In this document: piece by piece, positions 52,601-64,000 of the stretch | Numbering within the stretch: position 1 is the first letter of the stretch | How the letters are laid out: each line of letters opens with the position of its first letter | Assembly (NCBI GenBank): GCA_951406725.2 | Contig: OX597815.1 | Location: 103,664,001 to 103,728,000 of the forward strand | DNA length: 64,000 nucleotides | Direction of reading: 5' to 3' | Source of the DNA: Octopus vulgaris | Lineage: Eukaryota | Notes under the pieces: generated by a model | What the model was told of the DNA's origin: nothing | What the model saw: the letters and a program-made list of their open reading frames with translations, nothing else | Databases searched by the model: none | Position numbers and translations under genes: made by a program

Positions 52601-53174
52601 CTACTCGACATTATTCATTATTACCAACGATTCATTTTGTTAAATCAATTGATGGAAATATTTTTTCCCTTTTCTACTAATTATTTTAACGAAATCCCTC
52701 ATTTTATTCATTTTAAGTACTCCTGTAAAGGCATTTTGGTATCGATGTGATTGTTATACGATTTCTTTAAGACTTCAATTAGAGCTGACTACGTTTTTGA
52801 AGCATAAATGAGATCAGGTGACGTTCATACCTCTTCTAAAGCCTTAAAAAGGCACAGAAAGAATGAAGGACATTCTATGAGATAACAAATACATTATTTC
52901 CATGACACACCACGTATTCAATAATAATTATAATAAAGGGTCTAATTCCTGCCCACCCTACATTTAAAAATATCGGGGAATATAGAATCGATTGCGCAAA
53001 TTTCTCTGATGTATATGACATGCATTATTTTATGAAATCTAGATGAATGAAGAGTAAGATCGACTCTGATGACATGGATTTGGAATGTAAAACAGCGCAA
53101 CAGTGATTGTGTTTTGACCGGCGGTGATGGGCCATGCACATAAAAAGAAAGGACACACGAATACTGTATAGGCG

Positions 53175-53435
53175 CACTGGCTCGAGAATGAAATTTGCTT
53201 AGGGGGTGCAAACCCAGGTTCAAAAATATTTACCAAAAAGGTCTTTTTTTGTTATTTTTGAGTTTTGTTCTTTGAGAAGGAACCTAACTTCAAGCTACTT
53301 TTTACATATTGCTTTTTATTTACCGTTTTCTAAACCCGAGGAAAATAAATAGGCTGCAAATTTTGGGGTCTGCACTCAACAAAAATTCTAGGGGATGCAC
53401 TTGGACCACCTGCACCCACTGTTCCCGGGCCCATG
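53175..53435. mobile_element. hAT-like MITE
   Basis: Imperfect TIRs: left cactggctcgagaa, right (reverse complement) catgggcccgggaa. Subterminal ggggtgca/tgcaccc motifs. Candidate 8-bp TSD tataggcg / tatagatg. Confidence 0.5.
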
Positions 53436-55235
53436 TATAGATGTCTCATAAAACTCATAAAACCGAAGCCACTTGAGTGTGGCGAGTTGCCTATACTACT
53501 AAGCGCTTTATAGGTGCGAAGCCAATGGTCACTCTATGACCAGCCATAGCATTAAACGTTCTATATGTGCGTGTATGTATTTATACACACATACATAAAC
53601 ATACATATATATATGCTACGAATTTCTGCCCAGACTCCTCTTTCTACCAACTTCCTCCCACAAGATGATCGACCCAAATAGGAAAATATTAGAAGATAGT
53701 TGTCAATGTGATACAGTTTGTAATTGAACAAGGAAGCCAGTAGTTTACTAAATGAAGTACTAAACCACTTCATGAAGCTGGCATCAGTTTATATCGCTGT
53801 ACTTCTACGTACCAAGTTCGCTAATTGTAATGTATCAGTTCTACTTCAGTTTGAACATTTGTTTCTCTTATTCTCCCTCTCTCTCTTTCTCTCTCCCTCT
53901 GTATCCTTCTCTCTTTGTCCCTTCTCTGCGCTCAACTAGATATTTGTATATCCATATATCGATATTTCTATTTACCTCTACACATATGTTTGCATGTGTA
54001 GAGGTATGTACGTTGCCTGTTTACACATTCATAACCACACGCACATACACATGGAAATGCATGCCCGCGGAAGAACGTTAAACCATTAAGATTGGCCAAG
54101 CGCTCGCGCACGCACGTACACACACACGCGCACACACATACACACGCACACACACATGCACATACAAAGTGATATGCAAACATATGAGTGGCTGTGTAAC
54201 TGTCATGTCTTCCTGTTCATCTTGTTTGTCAGTCAATCTTCTCATCTATTTATTTTTAAATCTTTTAACCTCTTTAGCGTCATACACCTCTTACTAGCCA
54301 GGTCTATCCATCCCTCTCAATCTCCCACTATCCCACTCTTCCCCCTTTTCTTGCAGAGCCTCTCTCTCTCTCTCTCTATCTATCTTTCTCTCTCACTCAT
54401 ATAGTCACTCTTTCTTTCATACATTCTTTCTCACTCTGACCTTACAATTCTCTCACTCACACAGATAATCTCTTTCACACACACACACACATATATACAC
54501 TCTATTTCCCGTCTTCCACTCTTCCCATCTCTATCTCACTCCCTTTTTCTCTCACTCACTCCCTCTTTCTCTCTCTCCCTCTCTCTCACACTCACATACA
54601 CGCATATGCTCAAACTTCCACACAAACACACAGGCGCGTACACACACTGTCTCCCTCCTCTCTCTCTCTCACTCTCTCACTGGTTTTTAATCTACTACTT
54701 TACTTTTCTCTTTGCATGCACCACTACACTAATATATCTACAACATGTTCACCGTCAGTATGTCGATAATACGTTACATAAATATGTAAATATCCTTGAT
54801 CAACACGTGTGTTAAAGATCATCGTTGATCAGTAAACTTTTAGAATGTGTAGCATTTAGTTGACTGGATTAGTAATGTTGGACAGCTGAAAGGAATGCAT
54901 CTTTTCTACCGTGATGCTAATGCAATTAGCGTTATCTGGAGATTGACTACGTTGAAAGAGGATCAAAGACGCCAACTGTATAGAGATTTACATGATACAA
55001 GCTAACAAAGGGAAAGCAGAAAGCAGAAACACGGTAGTAAATGAGAAAGTATGCTAGAAATATCTATCTATGTATTTCTGTATCCATCTATCTATACAGA
55101 TAGATTGACACAGCCAAGGATTATAACGCAATATAGAGACGGACAAAGAAAATGAAACGATGAATGTGAGTGTGTTATAGACACACACACACACACACAT
55201 ACACGCATACATATATCAATGTGTGTGTGTTTGTG

Positions 55236-55267
<32 letters not shown>

Positions 55268-55712
55268 GATGTATATAGAGAGATAGATGTATATTTACGT
55301 AATTTAAAGGTTTGTAAGACCAATAGTTTCGCAGTTTCGCGCAATAGCGTCAATCGGATTGGGGAAACACACGTAAGCCATTTAAAGCTGAAAAATACCA
55401 TATACGTTTTCTGCGTTTGTTATTAGTCTATGAGTACACTCTCGCCCCCCCCCACACACACACACACACGCATAGTGATAACCATATACAAAGAGAGAGA
55501 AAGAGATAGACAGAGATACAGGTAGACAGAAAATAATTCCTGGTAAAGAGCTTACGTTATTCTACTCTATTAACCTAAGTCTCTTTATACTTTTAACTCT
55601 TGTCAGCCATAAAATACGTGTCAACTGAGAACGCACAAATACTTACATACACACAAAAACGCAGACACAGACACATACATTGATAGATTCAGAGAGGAAG
55701 AAAAAAATAGAA

Positions 55713-55761
<49 letters not shown>

Positions 55762-55862
55762 GGCATGTACAAATATATGTATATATATATGAGCAGATAT
55801 ATATACACACCCACACTAATATATAGATATACACCTTTACGTGTAAATATGTACGTGAATAC

Positions 55863-55896
<34 letters not shown>

Positions 55897-56051
55897 GTAT
55901 GGGTGTTGTAAAAATTTTACCTTCCAGCCACATGGTTCCGAGTTCAAGTACACTGGTTGGCATCTTGAGTGAGTACGTGTGTTGATAAGTTCAACAAAAC
56001 TGCCTTGCGAGTGCATTTGGCAGATACAATCTGAATGAAGTTCGTCGTATG

Positions 56052-56288
56052 GAGGAAGAAGAAGGAGAAGAAGAAGAAGAAGAAGAAGAAGAAGAAGAAG
56101 AAGAAGAAGAAGAAAAAGAAAAAGAAAAAGAAGAAGAAGAAGAAGAAGAAGAAGAAGGAGAAGAAAAAGAAGAAGAAGAAGAAGAAGAAGAAGAAGAAGA
56201 AGAAGAAGAAGAAGAAGAAGAAGAAGAAGAAGAAGAAGAAGAAGAAGAAGAAGAAGAAGAAGAAGAAAAAGAAGAAGAAGAAGAAGAA
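56052..56288. repeat. (GAA)n microsatellite
   Basis: Directly visible; it produces the spurious poly-K and poly-E ORFs. Confidence 0.98.
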
Positions 56289-56836
56289 TTATGATGATGA
56301 TTAAGCTTACTTTATTCGGTGGACTTTAAAACTTGGACCTACCACACGCAGGATTCTAAAAATTACTTTTTTGAAATATATGAATTCGGAGACATTTTTT
56401 AAAGAATTAGTTTTAGGTTAGCTGAATCACATTTTTTTTTGCTAATCCAAAACTTTATTTCTTTTACTCTATTATTCCATCTTCAGGAACATTTATTATT
56501 GAACTCAATATTACTTTACCGCAGATTTATGCTGTATAAACCATACAATATCTTGCAATAGCTACAGTAATACTCACAAGATATACCCAAGCATATCACA
56601 AGTAACTATAAGTATACGAAGCTTACAGTATTATAAAGTCATAGGCAGGTAAAACTACAAACCATGGTCAAATATTGACTTGTCAAAATAAATTTTATAC
56701 TCGACTTAAATGAAGTTCACTCTCGGTTAATGTTCTTTTCTATGTATTTTGCATGTAACAACAACGCATACATATACAGATATGTGACTATATAAGTGAA
56801 TGTATGTATGATGCACACACATATACACACATATAA

Positions 56837-57288
<452 letters not shown>

Positions 57289-57290
<2 letters not shown>

Positions 57291-57483
57291 CCGCGTGTAT
57301 ACCGTTGGCGATTTTTTTTCCTTTGTCTTCCCTTCTCTGGATCTTTCCTGCTCCTATGTTTCCGACGAAGAGCTCCGCTCGAAACGTTAAACCTTCCTTC
57401 TTTCCTTCTTTCCTGAGCGTCCAATAATTTGTTCCACGTCCTCGCGTTGTTGTGTTTTTTTGTGCTTTCGTGTTTGGATTAAC
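57289..57483 (+). mobile_element. ~195-bp (TA)n-embedded element with minimal hammerhead-like motif
   Basis: 57358-57392 reads gttt-CCGACGA-a-gagc-tcc-gctc-GAAA-cg-TT-aaac. (TA)n on both sides. Confidence 0.6.
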
Positions 57484-57519
57484 TATATATATATATATAT
57501 ATATATATGCATATATATG

Positions 57520-57558
<39 letters not shown>

Positions 57559-60500
57559 TCATATATATATATATATATATGTATGTATATATATGCATGC
57601 CTGTATTCATCAATAATGAAAGTTGTGTTTCTTTTCTACCAGCAAAATGTACAAAATATATTGTTGAATATGTTTACTTATAATTTCATATATCATATTG
57701 TACCAAAATTTTGAAATTATGAAGACTGGTTGAAATATAGAAATATATATGTTTATACACACATGGATACATTCAAAGATACACTAAAAAAGCACAAACA
57801 CAAACACACACGATTATGCACGCATGGACTCGTACACATATATATTCATTCGTCTCTGCAATTATATTATTTAGAGTTTGGTTGTTGCCTATGGAAGTTG
57901 CATAACTAATATTATGCAAAAACTTTCAACAGTGCTTAAATATTTATCTGCCTCTCACATTTTCTCGATTTCTGAGATATTTCAATGTCTCTATCGATTT
58001 TCTCTGAGTAGTTTTGCCAATTATTATTTGACAGTTGCAGTTTCGATCATGTTCATAGTAAGGTCGTCCAATAGTGTTGCAACAAGAAAGACTATTTTTT
58101 CTTTAAATTGATTAATCAATCGGTGTTTGGCATTTAAAACGGAATGGTTATTATGGTGGCCATTGTTCTAATAACCGAGCACAACTTTCTCAGATTGCCA
58201 CGACTACTTGAATTGAACCAAAAATTAACCTATACGTTATAAGCATAGATACACACACATACGTATGTATGTTTATATTTTATATGAACACATATGCATG
58301 TATGTATAAATCTAGACACACACACACACACAATATAATATATTATATTATATAGAAATATAGATAAATGGATAGATTGTTATGTATATACATACATGAG
58401 ACTAACCAAACATATCACGTCTATATCTCACACTCTCTCTCTCTCTATCTCTCTTTCTGTGTAATATATATATATGCATATATACGTATATGTTTATCTG
58501 TAGATAGGCTATGTGAATAAAGTTGCTAAAAGGCTAATAATACGTGTAATTAGATAATTTCAATGCGTGTGGTTAACAGACGCACATTTCTTAGCAGTAT
58601 ATTGACTCCATGATTCTGGCGTCTCTTCTGAGTCCCTGCAGGCAATCACATGACTTCTCTTATAACCCGAAGGAATGTTTTATAATCCACATGTGAATAA
58701 ATAATAATAAAGTCTTCTATATTTCTAAATACAACTTCTACACATTTGTCGCCTTTGTGCAACCATCTCCGATTAATTTCTACAAAATGTAAGCCTATGG
58801 TAAATATTATTTGACAAGTATATCAAATGAGCATTTCATGTGTTGTTTAAGGCTGCAGCTCAATATGTTATATATGACAGTTTGTATGTTCATATCTCTC
58901 TGTAGTTCATGTGTTCTAGAGAACATAATTCCTCTCTGAAATGTTTGGGAAAGAATGTTTGTAAAGTGATTCGTGTATACAAAACATGCTACACAGGTTG
59001 AATATGAATCACAGTTCTTTTTACAATGAACTAACAAGGAGACACAAAGATTTTACGCTGGCAGAAGTAATTTAGTGTTTCAAGAATTCATTAGCATACA
59101 TCGTGCAGTCTCAGAACGAGTTAAATTGAAAGAAGAGTTATTTTTGAATAGAGATTCTGAATATCTATAAATGTGTAAGTTGTAAATTGTGCATCCGTTT
59201 CTGTTCAGTTTTAATGGAACATATCGAGTTCTTTAACTTCGTGCAGGGAAAACGAATGATGTGTAAGATGCATGTCTCTGATCAAGTTGCGGTATTGTGG
59301 TCGATAAGTGAGAAGTAATGTAGTTGGTTGCCGTATTGATTCTTGTAAGGACGAGATATGAAGTGAGCTGCATAATGTCTATCAGCAATAGAAAACACTA
59401 AACCGCTACTTTATGCACATACTCATATATGTGCGTATGTGTGTGTGGGTGTATGTATGTATGTATGTATGTATGTATGTATGTATGTATGTATGTATGT
59501 ATGTATGCATGTATGTATGTATGTATGTATGTATGTATGTATGTATGTATGTATGTATGTATGTATGCACGCATGTATGTATGTATGTATGTATGTATGT
59601 ATGTATGTATGTATGTATGTATGCATGTATGAATGTATATATGTCATACATAGAGGAGTCATAACAAGCTACTTCAAATTTCATGCACGGATAATGTAAT
59701 AATCAGACATAGTTGCATAGTCTACTGTGTACGATCTGGTAATCGTTCAGGCTCGAATGACATAGCTATTCCTTCTAGAATACAAATTACGAGAAAAAAT
59801 ACTGTTATAACTTTGTGCAACGTGTTAAGGGGAATGGGGATAAATGTTATATCCATTTCATTTCACCCCTTAAATGAAGAATAAAGAAAATGTTAGGCGT
59901 TTGAATCTTAGAAAAGAAAAAAGAAAGACTATGTCTAGTGGCAGCGGTTTGTCGAATGGGAGGAAACGGCGGACTGTGTTAGACATTGTGTCTAATTTGG
60001 TAAGGTTATGTCTTCCAGTTCAATAACAGAAACTTGCTGAAACGGGTATATCGTACAAAAACCTCTGATGTTCCATTCAGAAATTTGGGGCTGTTATTCG
60101 GTCTTATAAGGATGTGTGTTGCTGTAGCTATACAGAGCCTAGATTTTTGGTTGTCAGTTATGGTCTAAATCTATACAAGATGTTCCACTTGATGATATGT
60201 GGTATATTGCTATTCTTTAGGTTCTATATAAGGCTTGACACCTTCTTGCTTTATATTTTGTCTATGTGCGAATCTCGTTTTGAAGTCAAAGTCGCACAGT
60301 CCAATATATTTTTGTTTATGATCCCCTATTTTGAAAAATGAAGGGACATCAGCTAACTAGGCAAATGTCTCCTAGAAGGCACCCACCTCACGGGACTGGG
60401 TACACTGCATAATGAACTGTAGCCTTTCCCCTATTCAACTTTCATTAGGCATAGTTTATATTTGAGATGTAAGCACTTAACGTTAATAAATATTTTTTAA

Positions 60501-61118
60501 CGGGTGTATTAGCAACCCAAATGCTTTTAAATCAGATTCCAATTCTAGATTTCAAGGACCAAATGAAGGGCAGATATTTTCAATCCCGGGGATCATCCGG
60601 ATCCCAAAATGGTATAATATGTCTATGTAGAGTAAGTGTAGACTGAGATACAAAGGTAGGACAGACAGAATTTCGGGTTTATTATTATATATATACATAT
60701 ATACTTACGTATACGGACAAATACGTATATATGCTTATATATGCATGTTTGTTTCTTTTCTTTTTGCAAGTATGTATGTATAATATAATTTTGCGAACTC
60801 AATTTCAAATGGAGTCATAGGCCACTGTTTTGACATTCGGTCTACCAGTCTTCACGATTTGTCGGGTTTGTGTGCTAGATGGATCTGCTATAGATTTGAT
60901 TCCCAATTTTTGATGTTATGCATTCATTTTGTTCTTTTTCCAACTCATTCTATGATTCCTGAAACCTTAAATTTGCACGGTCAATCGCTCTTGTGAAAAG
61001 GTCATACCTGTCTCAGAAACCTTTTCTTCGCCAATATGGATTGATCAGATCACGAACATATAAAGAAAATTACTACTTGCACTGGTAATGTAAATATATG
61101 TATATATATATATATGTA

Positions 61119-61208
<90 letters not shown>

Positions 61209-61257
61209 TACATACATATATATATACATGCAAACATATATGTATACGCATACATGC

Positions 61258-61299
<42 letters not shown>

Positions 61300-62943
61300 C
61301 CACTTCCCTCTTCTCATTGATTGTATATTCAGACATAAAATTTGTACATCAAACTCTAAAACAAAATTGTAGATGAAAATATATTATAATGATTTGATTG
61401 TTTCTTGTTTCTCCATATTATTGCTTGTTTGATAGGATTGTTCTTTACTAAGTTAATTCATATACATTGGAAAATGGATTTATGCACATGGTTTTATCAA
61501 CCTGACAAAATATTCCTACTGCACCGATTTACACGGAAAATTATGCACTGATTTCTACATTTTAAATACATTTTCAAATCAATTCATATCATTCCCATCA
61601 TTTATTCTAGTTTACATTGTTTCTGTCATTTCAAATACTGTTATAATTTTCTCTTTCTCTTACTTGCAAAATTATGTTTCTCATAATTATGTTAAACTCA
61701 AAATGCCTTTCCACTACATACACACATGTACATCGAAGTAAAATATTCCAGTTTAACAATAATTTTTCTGTACAGTCAGTTTATTATAATTAGCTATTGT
61801 ATTTTTATTTTTACATTCTCACAATCTAACTTCGGTAATCCTTTCGTTTCCATTCATTTGAGGGTGTTTCTTGTGTAGCAGTGTATAAACATTTTCACAA
61901 AGTTGAAACGTCCTGCGAAACTCGTATTGGATAAGTGCTGTCATACGTCTTGGTAATTTAATGGCTGTACCATGTAAATGTTAATGTAGGATAGATACAC
62001 GTCTGTACTTCACTATGGAGAGTAAGACTGGAATGTACGTACTGGGATTTTTTTGGACTTCCCGAGCTGTCTTAAGTTGGAATTTGAAATACCTCACAAT
62101 ATCAAGAACTGCTAGCTGATAAACGGTTGCACAATTTCGTGCTGGTTCTGTAAGTTGGACTCAAATCCGATGCTTGTAAATCGTAAATGTAGATGATTTT
62201 CGTATCCGAAAATCCACAGCTCTATAAAGGCCTTAACAACTTCGTCCAGTCACGATGTCGGCCAGTGAAAAAGATCGATATACGTTAGAAGGTAGCTTAT
62301 ACATGTGAAGGAGAAAATGGTGACAAAATTATCTTCTATCTTTAAAATACTTGTATCATAATTCCCCTAATAAAAATGCATATTAATTTTATAAGTTTTA
62401 TGCAAATAACGAGTGAAGACAGCCAATAACTTCGTCAACTATAAAAAAAAACACTCCAAGTGGCGTCTGCCGAGGAATGTGTCCGAAATATTAGACACTT
62501 TCAATCTTTACTGTAACCAAACAAAGGGACTTATAAACTCATCTGAATTTAACGCATCTCATAAGAGTAAAATTGCACAGATTCTAACTGTCCACAACGA
62601 TTTGTAAGTTTTAGAGCAAGATAGAGAAGAAAACGAAATAAAACGATCGAGAGCTACATACAGAATGTAATAAATATCAATCGCTATATATCTAATAATG
62701 AATGATTGAGAAATGTTGCAAAAATGAAAAAATAAATAAATAAATAAATATGCTTCAGAATGACAAGCTTAACTGTCGAGAAAATGCTTAGATTTTCAGA
62801 ACTGCACACAGACACACAAATATAGGCATGTGTATAAATATATACATACTTCACGGTATGAGTATAAGCGTATAAGCGTATAAATGTATACATATTTCAA
62901 ATTATACATATATCTATGGACATGTGCGTGTGCTGTGTATGTG

Positions 62944-62996
<53 letters not shown>

Positions 62997-63597
62997 TTGT
63001 GTGTGTGCTGTGTGTGTGCAGTGTGTGTGTGTGTTATAAAATGCTATGTACTGCAATTTCGTGTACTCTCAAGAATAGGCTTTATGAGTCAATCAAAAGA
63101 CAAACATGAATGAATATCAGAAACAATGACAATGAATCTTGGAAATATTCGATCCCAAATTTGTCTCAATCAATGTTTGGTATCTTTAAAATATCAATTA
63201 TTATAATAGAATTTTAATAGCACGCAATAATCACATCACTTTGGATTTTTATCCTTGTAGATGTCTTTCTTGCGTGGTATATAATCACGTATATATATAG
63301 GTGGAGCTATTAAATTAGCCATGGCCTGGGCCAATGTCGCCGAAACCTATCTGAGTATATAACTGTAATTGTAAATATAGTAATGTTACATGTGAGTCAT
63401 TCAGGCACAGCTGTTGTTAAGATATTTTGAAATATTTAGTCTTCTTTGAAATGTCCGATTATATACATAATTACACACACACATACCGACTCATATATAT
63501 ATTTATATATTCGTGTTTGTAATTATACACATGCGCGCATGTGTGTGTGTGAGAGAGAGAAAGAGAGAGAGAGAGTGTGTGTGTGTGTATGCGTATC

Positions 63598-63941
63598 GTA
63601 GTTCCATGTTCAGACTCACTGCGTAGAATCTTGGGCATGAGTTTTCTACTATAGCCTCTGGCCGGCCAAAGCCTTGTGATTGAATTTGGTAGACTGAAAT
63701 TAAAAGAAGCTCGTTGTATATATGTATGTTTATATTCATATGTGTCCGTATTTATCTCTGTGTTTGTTCTCCCCATAACCACTTAAAAATCTTAGGTAAT
63801 GTGATTACATCCCCGTAAATTAACGGTTCACCAAACGATATCCATAGAATAAGTGCAGGCTTTAAAGAGTAGTACTAAAAACTCTTCAAGGTGATTAACC
63901 AGCATTGCTGAAGTTTAAATATTGAAACAAAAGATAAAAGA
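63598..63941 (+). mobile_element. Diverged SINE (second family) with internal microsatellite
   Basis: 5' part matches 23635-23790 (reverse complement). 3' part matches 17465-17637 and 25234-25440 (reverse complement). Confidence 0.65.
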
Positions 63942-64000
63942 TATAATTTTCACATTAGCATTTTGCTGAATTAACAATAAATTCATATGGTAAATACATA

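Noticed and set aside
56035-56304. Poly-K and poly-E ORFs
   Set aside because: Translation of the (GAA)n microsatellite.

Overview
Gene-poor, AT-rich eukaryotic DNA saturated with microsatellites. The tRNA-derived SINE families and the repeat density point to an octopus/coleoid cephalopod genome (inference, not searched). No host protein-coding gene can be supported; nearly all short ORFs in the track are translated microsatellites. Recognisable content: a near-intact Neptune-type Penelope-like element (RT + GIY-YIG, 29107-33172, minus) in (TA)n; a young 5'-truncated Tx1-clade LINE in (GATA)n; an R4/Dong-type LINE remnant at (TAA)n; two decayed mariners; one decayed Tc1; non-autonomous Helitrons; a hAT-like MITE; and monomeric, dimeric and trimeric SINEs. 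The most interesting signal is a set of microsatellite-anchored elements carrying hammerhead ribozyme motifs. One is a 3.7-kb non-coding unit (17681-21350) made of degenerate microsatellite and bounded by near-identical inverted arms that each end in a hammerhead; it copies the fold-back architecture of the neighbouring Penelope element. Also notable are a candidate -1 ribosomal frameshift site in the Penelope element and a SINE tail that matches the 3' end of the Tx1 LINE. All alignments and folds were done by eye.
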